64,000 nt of DNA from Octopus vulgaris (Eukaryota): NCBI GenBank assembly GCA_951406725.2, contig OX597822.1:58652001-58716000 (forward strand). The letters run 5' to 3'. Under the pieces are notes generated by a model. The model ran no database searches, was not told where the DNA came from, and was given only the letters and a program-made list of their open reading frames with translations. Of this stretch, positions 40,443-54,349 are shown one piece after another; positions within the stretch are counted from its first letter, which is position 1; every line of letters begins with the position of its first letter. Both the position numbers and the translations under genes were made by a program.

Positions 40443-41611
40443 TCTTTACTCTTTTACTTGTTTTAGTCATTTGACTGTGGCCATGCCGGAGCACCGCCTT
40501 TTAGTCGTGAAAATCGACCCTAGGACTTATTCTTTGTAAGCCTAGTAATTACTCTAGCGGTTTTTTTGCCGAACCGCTAAGTTACGGGGACGTAAACACA
40601 TCAGCATCGGTTGTCAAGCGATGTTGGGGGGACAAACACAGACGCACAAACATAAGCACACACATACATATACATACATATATATACACATATACGACAT
40701 CTACATCTACTGTTTACTCTTCTACTTGTTTCAGTCATTTGACTGTGGCCATACTGGAGCACCGCCTTTAGTCGAGCACATCGACCCAAGGACTTATTCT
40801 TTGTAAGCCTAGTACTTATTGTATTGGTCTTTTTTGCCGAACCGCTAAGTTACGGGGACGTAAACACACCAGCATCGGTTGTCGAGCAATGTTGGGGGGA
40901 CAGAGAGAAAGAGAGGGAGAGATGGGGTGGGGGAGAACAAAAGAAATAACAAAGCATCGGTGTGAAGTAAATCATTGACGAATCAGTGACGCCAAAACGG
41001 CTGTGCCACAACGTCTCATGCCCTTAAATAACGAACGCACAACTATAGTTATAATATGACGCTCATATTATACTACACATAAACAAGTCTACTATAACAC
41101 TGTTATAATATCAAGTTTTACGAAACTCGCTGAACTTGGTAAGTTATTTTCATTGCTATGAGCATTAGACAACTCAATATTAAACTGAAATATATACGTA
41201 CATGCACACCTAGCACTTCTGATATAGAACTGTGTTTTCTGTAATTCGGTACGCCCCCCCCTTTTTTTTTGAAATAGCGATAGTTTACCTGGTAAATGCC
41301 ATGGTTGACACCTCCAATCAGCGCTGATGGATTTCGGTTATCTCATTGTGTTTGAGAGTCTGTCTATGGGATTCTTCCAAACTCGAATGCCAACCCAAAA
41401 TTCAGTCCTTTATCACTTCCAGTCTAGAAGCAACGCGAAACTAAACATATATCTTTTTATCTCTCACTTGTTTCAGTCATTGGGCTGTGGCCATGCTGTA
41501 GCATCGCCTTGAAGGGTTTAGTCGAAAAAAAAAAAAACGACGCCAGTACTTACTGGTACTTATTCTAGTGGTATTTCTTGCTGAACAGCTAGATTACAGA
41601 GACGTAAAGAA

Positions 41612-41677
<66 letters not shown>

Positions 41678-42509
41678 TTATTTATCTATTTATCTATCTA
41701 CCTACCTACCTATCTACCTACCTACCTACCTACCTATCTATCTATCTATCTCTTTGTCTTTCTGTCTGTCTGTCTGTCTGTTCGTCCATCCATCCATCCA
41801 TACATATATACATACATGCATGCATACATACATAAATACATACATACACGCGTCTGCCATCGCATTCCTACGACAGAAGTGAAATTCAGTGACAGAGCGA
41901 AAAAAGTACAAACAGCTTGTGAGGAGAAGGATGAGTAAATTGAGGGGGAAAGGATTATGAGAAGAAAACGCAAGGCGGTCGGAGTGGAACAGATGCGCAC
42001 GTTGAGCATGCTGTGTAATAGTGTAACAGACTTGGACTCGTTTTGTATAGACAAAACTTGTGGAGCGGATAGTAATATCTTTCACAGTACCATTGACACA
42101 CGCACACGCACAAACACTTATTAGTAAATAGAATGTAAAGCATTAAGTGACTTGATAAAGGGCTTACTCATTTGGTATATTTCAATGTATAGATATATAG
42201 GTACGAGTGCGTGTGTGGGTGTGTGTGTGTGTATGTATATGTGTGTATGTGTGTGTGTGTGTGTGTGTGTATGTGGGTTTGTGATTCTAATTGGCCACGA
42301 AACTGAGTAAGGGTTTCGAAATTTCAAAAATATACCTGAAAGTTATTTTTAGATATTTCCTTTTGTTCTCTTAATTCGTTTATTTATATACCTTTCCACA
42401 TTCTTCTTACCTGTAATTGTTTATGTGTGTGTCATTACCCACACACACACACACACACATTTGTGTGTTTGTATATTTCATCATAAAAGAGCTATTTAAT
42501 GACACCTAA

Positions 42510-42554
<45 letters not shown>

Positions 42555-44063
42555 CGCAGGAGTGGCTGTGTGGTAGGAAGCTTGCTTCCCAACCACATGG
42601 TTCCGGGTTCAGTCCCGTTGCGTGGCACCTGGTAGACGGAAACTAAAAGAAAACCCTATATATAGGTGTGTGTTTGTATGTATTTGTGTGTCTGTGGTTG
42701 TCCCCTCCCACCATCGCTCGACACCGATGTTGGTGTGTTTACGCCCCCATAACTTAGCGGTTCGGCAAAATAGACCGATATTTTGTACTAGGCTTACAAA
42801 GAATAAGTCCGGGGACGGATTTGTCCGACTAAAGGCGATGCTTTAGTATATATATTCTTTTATTCTTATACTTGTTTCTGTCATTTGACTGCGGCCATGC
42901 TGAAGCACCGCCTTTAGTCGAACAAATCTTTGTGCAGGTTGTGTCTGAGATTTAAAAAAAAAATGTTACAAAAGTCTGAAGGCACGTGGCCTTGTGGTCA
43001 AGGTTGCTGCACTCACGATCGATAGGTCGTGGGTTCGATACCCGGACAGGGCGACGTGTTGCGCTCTTGAGCAAAACACTCCATTTCACATGGTTCTAGT
43101 GCTATGTGGGGATCGGCATGTTAAAGAATAAACCCAACATTTCCGCAGCGTGTTGGAGAAGGCAACTAACAGAAGTCGTAGCAGGATCTGCACTCCAAAT
43201 TCGTAAAATACCATCAACGACTGTCCAAACAAAACCATGGGGTGCAGAGGTGTAATTTGCCAGTAGTAGGGAATCACCAACAAATGGTGGATGTTACAGC
43301 ACATGCCTCCATCCTCCTCCTCCTACTTCTACTAAAATTCTTTGAAGAGCTTGTACGCGGTTTCAGATACCAATGAAGGTTTTTTTTTGCCATTTGAATT
43401 TGTATATATTGATATAAAATCATTTACGCTTAATAAAACCGGGAGACAATTGTATTTCACTCAAACTATGCAGACAACAACATTAGAACTGTGTTTATTG
43501 ATATACATATTTAAAAAAAAAAATTATATCTCCGAGAAGTTAATACAGCGTTTTAAATATTATAGATGTAAAAAAAAACCCCAGTTGTCTATACTTTCAT
43601 TGTTACAAGGCCTATATTTGTTTGTGTTACGAAAATATTCAGGTATTATGCTTTACAAATCGAACTGTTAATTTTTATCATAGTTAAAATATATAGTCAA
43701 TGAAAACTATTAAGGATACGAATTAATTTAGATGTGAAACTATAAAGAAGTGCGTTGTTTCCTATCTTGTATGGTATTTGGAACAGCATCCTCAGGTTTC
43801 GTAGATATGATTTTTAAATGTAGAATTTGAATAACGATAGCATTCCACACGCACACACATATACATACATACACACACACACATTGTATATAGTCGCCAT
43901 GTTTGACCACTAAATCCACAATTTTTTCTTTTATTTTCTCTTATTCCTTTCTGTTAAAGGGCGTAGGCTCGAAACGCAAAACACCTTTTCAGTTTCCCGA
44001 GCGTCAAACTAATACACTTGCTTGTTGTTCATACACCTTCGTCTTTTTTCCAGTAAATTTCAG

Positions 44064-44472
44064 TCGCCAACCCCGCCTCGAATGGCTTCTGTGCCGGTGG
44101 CACATAAAAAGCACCATCCGAACGTGACTGATGCCAACCCCGCCTCGAATGGCTTCTGTGCCGGTGGCACATAAAAAGCACCATCCGAACGTGGCCGATG
44201 CCAGCACCGCCCCGACTGGCTTCCGTGCCGGTGGCACATAAAAAGCACCATCCGAACGTGGCCGATGCCAGCACCGCCTCGACTGGCTTCTGTGCCGGTG
44301 GCACATAAAAAGCACCCACTACACTCGCGGAGTGGTTGGCGTTAGGAAGGGCATCCAGCTGTAGAAACACTGCCAGATCAGACTGGAGCCTGGAGCAGCC
44401 CCTGGCTCCCCAGACCCCGATCGAACCGTCCAACCCGTGCTAGCGCGGGAAACGGACGTTAAACGATGATGA
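44064..44472 (+). mobile_element. SINE with V-like domain, (GAT)n tail and a 4 x 67-bp internal tandem array
   Basis: Unit containing GTGCCGGTGGCACATAAAAAGCACC x4; then GGCGTTAGGAAGGGCATCCAGCTGTAGAAAC; tail GGACGTTAAACGATGATGAT. Confidence 0.8.
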
Positions 44473-44537
44473 TATATATATATATATATCTATGAGTTAT
44501 ACGTTCTTGTCCATGTTGTATTTTTCTACATACCTTA

Positions 44538-44574
<37 letters not shown>

Positions 44575-44727
44575 TATATTGCAGGTCTATGATTTCTATT
44601 TCATTTTCAAAACATGCATGCTTATGTCTCTCAAAATTTTGGTTACACTACATATCAAAATACACAAATGTGTGTGTGTGTGTGTACACACGCACCTATG
44701 TCAAAAATGAAGAATCTCATGGTTATT

Positions 44728-44928
44728 ATTGGTTCTCAACCGGGGTCCACATAAGATTTTAAAATTTATGAGTAATAAACTACTTATACTTCTACAATAC
44801 ACCAGGTCTTTTAACAATTTATTAAACACAATTCCTGCAAATATAATAGGATTTTTTTAAACATGCGATCCAGTTGGGTAAAATAGAAATCAAAGGAATC
44901 CACAGGCAAACAACGATTGAGAATCACT
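44728..44928. mobile_element. hAT-type MITE
   Basis: Termini TGGTTCTCAAC / ATTGAGAATCACTG. Confidence 0.5.
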
Positions 44929-46282
44929 GCACTGTATAGTCTGGCAAACGAACTGAAGCTTGAGGTTTTCTTCAAGCTAACTTCTCCAACTCCCTGTCTT
45001 GTTTCACGTCCAATTACAAAAAAACCTGTACAATTATAACTTTCTGCAAGCAAACAGACGCCACAGGTACCGCCATTTTTGCACATTTTAAATATCAAGA
45101 ATTACTGTACTGTTGGATCTCCGTCGGTTTCGATAAGTATTCACTTGTTCAATCAGTTAACATATAAGTGGCTATGTATTCCATAAACGCAGGAAGAATC
45201 AACGCGATGCAGTGTTATAAGCCACACCCTTTTGAATTAGATACAATCCACACGTCCATCTTCTATAGTTTTCATCTACCTAGCTTCATTCACAAATTAT
45301 CAGTTAATCCACGGTTATAGAAAATATTTTCCCCAGGAGTGGCTGTGTGGTAAGTAGCTTGTTTACCAACCACATGGTTTCGGGTTCAGTCCCACTGCGT
45401 GGCACCTTGGGTAAGTGTCTTCTACTATAGCCTCGGGCCGACCAAAACCTTGTGAGTGGATTTGGTAGACGGAAACTGAAAGAAGCCCATCGTATATATA
45501 TATGTATATGCGTGTGTGTGCGTTTGTCCCCCTAGCATTGCTTGACAACCGATGCTGGTGTGTTTATGTCCCCGTTACTTAGCGGTTCGGCAAAACAGAC
45601 CGATAGAATAAGTACTGGGGTCGAGTTGCTCGATTAAAGGCGGTGCTCCAGCATGGCCGCAGTCAAATGACTGAAACAAGTAAAAAAGTAAGATGCCACG
45701 TAGTAAGATCGAACCCAAGAACTTGTCGTTGCGAAGCGAACTTCTTAACCTTTTGGTCGTTTACCGCAAAGTACTCTTCCCACCAATCCTTCGGGGGCGG
45801 ATGTAAATTACACATACACCCCCATCAAGTTTTTACATCCACCGCAAAACCACGAAAGCAAATGTCCCAATATTTAGCAGCAATCGCTTTTTTTCTCTCT
45901 CCCTCTGTCAATTACACTAACAACCCGTAGGAGTGGCTGTGTGGTAAGTAGCTTGCTTACCAACTACATGGTTCCGGGTTCAGTCCCACTGCGTGGCACT
46001 TTGGGCAAGTGTCTTGTACTATATAGCCTCGGGTCGACCAAATCCTTGTGAGTGGATTTGGTAGACGGAAACTGAAAGAAGCCCGTCGTACATATTACAT
46101 ATGTGTGTGTGTGTGTGTTCGTGTTTGTCCCCACATCATTTGACAACCGATGCTGGTGTTTACGTTCCCGTAACTTAGCGTTTCGACAAAAGATATCGAT
46201 AGAATAAGTACTAGGCTTACAAAGAATAAGTCCTTGGATCGATCTGCTCGACTAAAGGCGGTGCTCCAGCATGGTGTAAAAG

Positions 46283-46335
<53 letters not shown>

Positions 46336-46337
<2 letters not shown>

Positions 46338-46824
46338 TCATCATCATCATTTAGCGTCCGTTTTCCATGCTAGCATGGGTTGGACAGTTCAACTGGGGTC
46401 TGTGAAGCCAGAAGGCTGCATCAGGCCCAGTCTGATCTGGCAGTGTTTCTACGGCTGGATGCCCTTCCTAATGCCAACCACTCCGCGAGTGTAGTGGGTG
46501 CTTTTTACATGCCACCCGCACAGGTGCCAGACTGTGCTGGCAAACGGCTACGAACGGATAGTGCTTTTACCGCCACCGGCACGGGGGCCAGGCGAGGCTG
46601 GCAACGGACACGAACGGATGGTGCTTTTACGCGCCACCGGCACGGAGGCCAGTCGGGGCGGCGCTGGCAACGGTCACGAACGGATGGCGCTTTTTACGTG
46701 CCACCGGCACGGGGGCCAGGCGAGGCTGGCAACGGCCACGAACGGATGGTGCTTTTATGTGCCACCGGCACGGGGTCCAGGCGAGGCTGGCAACGGACAC
46801 GAACGGATGGTGCTTTTACGTGCC
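46336..46824 (-). mobile_element. Second copy of the V-like SINE with a 5-6 unit array
   Basis: Reverse-complement similarity to 44064-44472; units 58-67 bp. Confidence 0.8.
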
Positions 46825-46840
46825 ATATATATATATGTGC

Positions 46841-47110
46841 GTGGAGCCGCAATGGCCCAGTGGTTAGGGCAGCGGACACGCGGTCGTAGGATCGCGGTTT
46901 CGATTCCCAGACCGGGCGTTGTTTATTGAGCGAAAATACCTAAAAGCTCCACGACGCTCCGGCAGGGGGTGGTGATCCCTGCTGTACTCTTTCTTCTGTT
47001 GGCCTGCTCGCTTAGCCAGCGGGGCGGCGTTATTCGAAGGCTAAAACAATGCGAACGCATTGTGACCAGCGATGTGTAACTAGATCTGGTGGACTGGTCG
47101 GTCACGTGAT
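46841..47110 (+). mobile_element. tRNA-derived SINE (further family)
   Basis: GGAGCCGCAATGGCCCAGTGGTTAGG..GGTTTCGATTCC A/B boxes; related minus-strand copy at about 14.39-14.57 kb. Confidence 0.8.
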
Positions 47111-47118
47111 ATATATGA

Positions 47119-47160
<42 letters not shown>

Positions 47161-47247
47161 TCTCACATATATACAGGCTAATAATTTAGCATTTACTGGT
47201 GACCAGCGATGTGTAACTAGATCTGGTGGACTGGTCGGTCACGTGAT

Positions 47248-47278
<31 letters not shown>

Positions 47279-47325
47279 CACACACACTCACATATATACA
47301 GGCTAATAATTTAGCATTTACTGGT
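47062..47325. repeat. Near-identical tandem duplication (about 130-137 bp)
   Basis: GTGACCAGCGATGTGTAACTAGATCTGG..GGCTAATAATTTAGCATTTACTGGT occurs twice. Confidence 0.93.
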
Positions 47326-47649
47326 TATTTCAGGTCTGTAACTTCTCTTTCATTTTCAAAGCATGCCTGCTTATGTCTCTCAAAATATTTTTGGTTACAC
47401 TATAAATCAATATACACAGATATCATTTGTTGAGGTAAATCTTCTGATGGCCTTCCTGTTGCCAACCGTCACTTTTCTCAAGCGAGGTAATAATATCCCC
47501 ACTGTCAGACACGTTTCCACGGAAGATTGGAAACAAAGAACACTAAATGACAGCCATGTTCGTTTATTATTTTATCGATGGTTGATCAAAAATGTTGGTA
47601 AAGAGGAGACGAAAAAGTATTGCGGTATTTGTACTCGTATATATATATA

Positions 47650-47879
47650 TTTGTTTACTACCCACAAGGGGCTAAACACAGAGGGGACAAACAAGGACAG
47701 ACAAAGGGATTAAGTCGATTACATCGACCCCAGTGCGAAACTGGTACTTAATTTATTGACCCCGAAAGGATGAAAGGCAAAGTCGACCTCGGCGGAATTT
47801 GAACTCAGAACGTAACGGCAGACGAAATACCGCTAAGCATTTCGCCCGGCGTGCTAACGTGTCTGCCAGCTCGCCGCCT
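47650..47879 (-). mobile_element. SINE family B, full length
   Basis: TSD ACTCGTATATATATAT; similar copies at 49.14, 55.57 (20-bp TSD AGAAAAAGCTTAATGGACCT), 27.3 and 63.6 kb. Confidence 0.88.
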
Positions 47880-48671
47880 AACTCGTATATATATATACTC
47901 AGATGTTGAGTCTCATGCAGGTGATGAGAAGTGACCAGGACTTGGCAAATTGCTGTGCTTGAGAAAACAAGTCAAGCTAAGTAGAATCATGATGATGGCC
48001 AGTAAATAACACTTGTGCCAGTGACACATAAAAGACACCAAGTACACTCTGTGAAGTGGTTGGTCCAAGGAAAGGGCAGCCATAGAAAGCAAGCGAAATC
48101 CAACTGGAGCCAATCACTATCATATATACATGTGTGTTTGTGTGTGTGTGTATACATATATATATATATATATATATAGCTGAAATTTACAGGAAAAAAG
48201 ACGAAGACAGGTGTATGAACACAGTAGCCCTCCATATTATATCATCTCCAGTCAAACCATCAGAAACCAACATGGAAAATAGAGGTTAAACGATGATGAT
48301 GACGACGATCACATACACATGTGGTAAGTAGTTTGCTTACAAACCACATGTCCCCGGGTTCAATCCCCACTTCATGGCACCTTGGGCAAATGTCTTCTAC
48401 TATAGCCTCAGGTCGACCAAAGCCTTGTGAGTGGATTTGGTAGATGTAAACTGAAATAAGTCCGTCGTATATATGTATATGTGTGTGTGTGCGTGTATGT
48501 TTGTGTTTGTCCCCCCACCATCACTTGATAACCGATGCTGGTGTGTTTACGTCCCCGTAACTTAGTGGTTCGGCAAAAGAGACTGATAAGTACTAAATGA
48601 CCGAAACAAGTAAAAGAATAAAGAGTAAACACTGAGAAAAAACAGAAAAACAAATAACTGTATAAAAATAA

Positions 48672-48677
48672 TTTATT
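48672..48677 (-). terminator. Candidate polyadenylation signal
   Basis: AATAAA on the minus strand followed by a U/GU-rich tract, about 330 nt after the stop at 49011; lies near the left edge of the CpG-depleted domain. Confidence 0.45.
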
Positions 48678-49010
48678 TTTTTGTTATTTTTAGCTTTCTA
48701 CAAAAATATACTTCTCAAGTCAAGTAAAAGTATTTACACATGAGGAGGCAGAGAAGGGAGAAGAAACTATATGAAGGAACTGGGAAGAGTTAAAAAAAAA
48801 AGAGCATACAAAAGTTGAACAAAAACTACTTTAATAAAACATAAATAAATAAAAAAATCTACAGCTCACAAAAAAAAAAAAAAAAATTGATTCAGATGGA
48901 TGTATGTGTATATGGATGGGTGGATGGTATGGCAGTGTTTTCAGTCTTATGAATTGGTGAAAGTATGTAAAAATGGTGAGGTTTCTGTAATGTCTTTTCT
49001 GGAAGTGCAC

Positions 49011-49057
49011 TTATACAACAGATACATGTTCATCTTCAGATAAACCACTGTCCATGT
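49011..49057 (-). CDS. Probable terminal exon of the bHLH-ZIP gene (DMDSGLSEDEHVSVV*)
   Basis: Strong acceptor tttttttctctctatttcag|; phase 1 matches the donor at 56468; the acidic tail resembles Mxd C-termini. Confidence 0.55.
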
Positions 49058-49364
49058 CTGAAATAGAGAGAAAAAAACAAAAAGATAAGTAAATTTTATA
49101 TACATACAGACATATGCACAATTTTTATAATAATTTTGTTTCTTTATTATCCACAAGGGGCTAAACATAGAGGGGGCAAACAAGGACAGACAAACGGACT
49201 AAGTCGATTACATTGACCACAGTGCATAACTGGTACTTAATATATCGACCCCGAAATTCAGGGAAATTTGAACTCAGAACGCAATGGCAGACGAAATACT
49301 GCAAAGCATTTCGCCCGGGGTGCTAATGTTTCTGCTAGCTCGCCGCCTTAAATCTTTATAATAA

Positions 49365-49683
49365 TTACCTCCGCCTTAGCAAAGGTGGAGGTATTGTTTT
49401 CAGTTTGTTTGTCCGTGGACAAGATACCTCAAGAACCACTGGATGGATTCTGATGAAACTTTCAGGGATGTTTGGCCTCACGATTAATATGAACTCATTA
49501 GATTTTGGGGTCAATTCGATCGATACCAGACAAGGATTTTAGGCATTTTCCGTTTGTTTTTACTTAATGTTTGAGAGCAGTCAAGTTTATTTCAGATATT
49601 CTCATTTTAAAAACCATCTGACTAATTGTTGAGAGGACGTTGGTGTTGCCTTGGCAGAGGTTTGCACTCTCCGAGTGCTTGTT
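49365..49683 (+). mobile_element. HINE/DINE-1-like non-autonomous Helentron
   Basis: 5' TTACCTCCGCC with adjacent inverted copy GGTGGAGGTA; short (GTTT)n; 3' subTIR GGCAGAGGT followed by hairpin GCACTC-TCC-GAGTGC. Confidence 0.8.
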
Positions 49684-50401
49684 ATAATTGTAACGATAAT
49701 TGTTTCAAATTTTGGCACAGGGCCTGCAGTTTTTAAGGAGAGAGGGAAGGCAGTTACATTGAACCCCTGGTACTTATTTTATCGTCTCTGAAAAGGCTCA
49801 GACTATAAAGAGGAATGAAATGCTACTAAGCATTCTTTATCTTGTGTGAATTGTTTGTGTGTCACAGGGTAATGACGGAAGGATATAGGGGGAACCCCCC
49901 CCCCCAAAAAAAAGCATTCCCAATGACACAAACATACTTAACTCCAACCAAATATCATCACAATTTTAACACTTTCTGACAATATTGTTCAATCTGATGG
50001 TGTAAGCAAGAACATAAGCTACTGAGTTACATATGAGTGGATATGCACACACACACACACAACAAAAATTTAATCATCAGCACATGGTCACACATTTTTG
50101 GTAGGAGGCAGTGACATTTGATTTAATCAACTGCAGTATATGGCTGGTACTTTTAATATCTCAACCATAAGGTTTTATACGAGCACATTCATTCCCTTTC
50201 ACCTCATTATCTATCTATCTATCTATATATATACACACACACACACACAACAGGCTTCCAGTTTCCATCAACCAAAATTCACCAACAAGGCATTTGTCTG
50301 CCTGGGGTGAGGCTATAGTAGAAAGTGCCATGTAGTGGGACTGAACCTGAAATCATATGTATTTGCAAAGCAAAGCTCTTAATCACACAGCTGTGCCTGT
50401 A

Positions 50402-50444
<43 letters not shown>

Positions 50445-52819
50445 CTATTTATCATTAAGGTCATATAAAATAAGAAGAGAGAATGGAGTTTGGTATGTTC
50501 CTAATATTTGTTGTATCTCAAAAGCTTCCAAATGGAAATTAAATTATATTTCAAAGCCAACATCAAATATAGAAGCTTTCAAATTTACGCATAAAAGATA
50601 TATATAGATTTGTATGTACATGTGTGTGTGTGTAGTAATAATTATTAGAGCGTCAATGATTGATAAAACATAAAGCTCACAACTTCCACACCATATTTAC
50701 TATTTGTAACAGACATTACAACTAGTCTATATGAAAAAAATACTATGAATGTGCATAGATTTATGATCAAAAGTGTTCCAGCCACAACCACCCAGTCTTT
50801 TAGAGACATCTATGGTTACATTTTCTTCACCATTTTTGTGTGATTTATGTGAGATTTTGCTAACACCACCCAACATGTGTATACACCAAACAAGGAATAG
50901 ACTTGCATTGGCTGGCACCAGCAGAACTACCTAATCATTGAATCAGCCATCAACCTGCAAGCATCCTGGAGCACTGCCTTGAAAAGCCCCCACACTTCCA
51001 GTATTGTTCAACAGAACTCAAACTTTGGCCCAACTCAAGCATTCAAATTACTCTATAAAACGCAATGCTTATTTATTCACATTATTTTGAAGTAGCAATC
51101 ATGCTAATGTAGCTTCAAGATTTTCATGATGTGACTGTTTATTTTTACAACAATGCTGTATGGTAGGAGACTGAGAGAGAGCCTGAGTTCGACCAGTTTC
51201 AATGCTGAAGAGTTAAAATCCCACACAGTAGGGTTCAAGCATTCATGATTGTGACGTTATGCTTCCATCCTAACACATGTATATAATTCCTTAGTAACAT
51301 ATATACAAGTGCATAATATTGTCTATATTCAATGCATATGCATAAAGCTAGGCAACTGAGTAAGAAGTCATAGACCCCCAAGAGTAACACAACAGCATGG
51401 AAGACTTACATAGTAGCCAGACTGACACATTGCTGTGTAACTTCAGAACACTTAACACAGACCATACAAACATGTCAACCATTTCAAGATTTGAACAGAG
51501 AGCAAAAAAAGTGTATTAACCAGATTCTGGTGTGACCTTGGACTGTGTAACGAGAGAATCCAGAAATATATGTGTTTGTGTTTATTGTTAAGACTAAATT
51601 TATGAACCAGTGTTGTGTCCCTTTTAAATGGTCTGACATATAGAGATCGATAGGCTGGTGTGATTAATCAGTTCTTGAAAGTAATTCCCCAGCATGGCTG
51701 CAGACCAATGACTTACACCAATTGTCTCATACTCGTTACAGGGAGATGGATTAGCCGAATTGTTATAGGTGAGACAACATTAGCTTTTAGATTAGGCGTT
51801 TGTAGGTCCTTGAAATTAGACCCTATTTATATCTCATGACATTACTGACTTTCTGTGTGTGTGTGCAAGCAAGGCGGGTGAGCATAAATATAATCACTCC
51901 AGCTGATGCTTCAAATTAGTTTGTTGGTCTGGAAGATGTAAGAAAGAAACCATTGAAAAATAAGAAAAAGAAATTGTATCATTTCTCTTCAGAACACACA
52001 CAGAGGAATATTTAATCATAAGACATGACCCCACATAGCATGCTGTGGAAGCATAGGGGTCAAAAGGTGAGCCCATAATATACACAAAGGTAAAATCTAA
52101 TCCTAAAACTAAACTTATACCAACTGTGGTAGGAGTTCAACAATGAATACAACAGCACTGTAAAAGCCAAAGTTCAGGACATCAAAAAGAAAAAGAACCA
52201 CCAGAAAGGAAAGTTATTCATTGGAGTTAAAAATGAGCTGAGTATCTGAAAGTGAATACCTAATAATGTGACTTGAACGTTTTTCTTCACATTTCTTGTC
52301 TATCGTTCAGCAAAGATACATATTTATTTACACAGCAGCATCCATGCATAAATTATTCAATAATTATCACACATAACTACTGACATACCTTGGCTCTCAT
52401 ACATTCATTGAACAGTGCAATTCTGATGAACACACGCTACTCTTTCTTTCTTAACCCCCTTGCACTCAATTTTCACAGAACATATTAAAATAGTGTACAT
52501 TGACTATGACCCATAGTGTTATAAGGTCCCTGATGTAACCTACTCATGAACCACCAAAGAGCTAGCCTGTTATCTCATTTTACATCCTGCACTAAGCTAC
52601 AAATGATGTCTGACATTCCTCTTTTACTTGTTTCAGTCATTTGACTGTGGCCATGCTGGAACACCGCCTTTAGTCGAGCAAACCGACCCCAGGATTTATT
52701 CTTTGTAAGCCTAGTACTTATTCTATCAGTCGCTTTTGCCGTACCACTAAGTTATGGGGACGTAAACACACCAGCATCTCGTCAAGCGATGTTAGGGGGG
52801 GGGACACAGACATACTTAT

Positions 52820-52854
<35 letters not shown>

Positions 52855-53976
52855 CACACACATATATATACGACGGGCTTCTTTAAGTTTCTGTCTACCA
52901 AATCCACAAGACACTTGCCCAAGGTGCCACACAGTGGGACTGAACCTGCAACCATGTGGTTCGTAAGCAAGCTACTTACTACACAACCACTCCTATGCCT
53001 ATTATTCCTATTAACAAATTGTCTGTCAGCACAAGATGAGTGGAAAGAAAGACACCTATTGAAAAGATCAGGTATTATCAACAAGAGGGGTATTCAGCTG
53101 TAAAACAATATTCATCTAACTCATGCTAGCATGATAAAAAAGGATGTAAAATGAACAAAAGAATGAATCATGTATCACTGAAGGCTAGGTCTTTTGATCC
53201 ACTACTTTCCCTGAAAACATGTGAAGGTCTTTTGTCAGCATGCTTTTCTGTATAATTTGATGGGACAAAAACATTTATTTTACCATGGAAACTATTATGT
53301 AACTGTTCAACCAATCACTGGTAGCCCAAAGAGTAATGGGTAAGAACAAAATTATAAATTTCAAACTGTTCAAGATGTAAGGGTTGGCCTAATTGAAAAT
53401 GTAGGTAAGTAGATCCACTATTATAAAACAATAAAACACCTTATAAGTTGCATAAAAAATACCTTATTTTTTCTAAGTGGGAAACCTAGATGTGGTCATG
53501 GTTATTATATGTACTTGAGTGAAGTGAATTCATTTCAAGACTACTGAAACTGCAGCATGGGTTTTCTCTCATCAGAAAACATGCTTTAGGGTAGGTAGCC
53601 ACAGAAATGAGTTCAAATCCCAACAAGGTCAACCTTCATTTCCCTCTTTTCAAATGCCAATAAAACAAAAGTACCAGTTACATACTGGGTATGGATTACA
53701 CTTATCACATTGCTTAAGTGGGATTTCAATTAAGTATGCTAAATGCATCAATTTAATACCCACTTTTCCAAGGCCAGATTGCTCTTCCTGTTACCGATGA
53801 GGTTCCAAGCAAGGAAAAAACTTCCCGTTGGCTAGACATTTTTTCATGGAAGATTGCTGGACACTCACACGGTGACGCTTGTTTACAAACTATCATATCA
53901 ATACAAGAAGAAACATACTTGTTCTTATACACACAAATACATATGTAAGATATTCTACCAAAGCATTCTTCTAGGC

Positions 53977-54179
53977 CAGGAGTCTCCAAAGTGGTCAATA
54001 TCGACCCTATGGGGTCGATAAATGCACATCTACTTGATTATTGCTATTATTTATTTATTTTCTTGTACATGCCTGGAGGGGGGTGTCGATGAGGGGGTCA
54101 AGGATTCCACGAAGGGGGTCGATGAAGGGTTAAAGATTCCATAAAGGGGTCGATGGTCTAAAATGTTTGGGGACCCCTG
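53977..54179. mobile_element. hAT MITE
   Basis: TIR CAGGAGTCTCCAAA / TTTGGGGACCCCTG; 8-bp TSD TTCTAGGC / CTCAAGGC (6/8); repeated GGGGTCGAT motifs. Confidence 0.8.
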
Positions 54180-54275
54180 CTCAAGGCCAGCATATTTTTC
54201 CCCTCACACGATTATACATATAATACATGCAGCCATGTTCATATATGTAAATACACACATTTTATATACATACAA

Positions 54276-54316
<41 letters not shown>

Positions 54317-54349
54317 CACACATCACATACATATATTACATATATGTGT

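Noticed and set aside
44064-44315. CRISPR-like repeat-spacer array
   Set aside because: The apparent spacers are near-identical, the array is part of a SINE, there are no cas genes and the context is eukaryotic.
52400-52470. miR-92 seed AATTGCACT
   Set aside because: The remainder does not match miR-92 and there is no pre-miRNA stem.
53160-53260. H/ACA snoRNA-like hairpin
   Set aside because: Pocket-to-ACA distance is about 24 nt, too long, and there is no convincing 5' hairpin.
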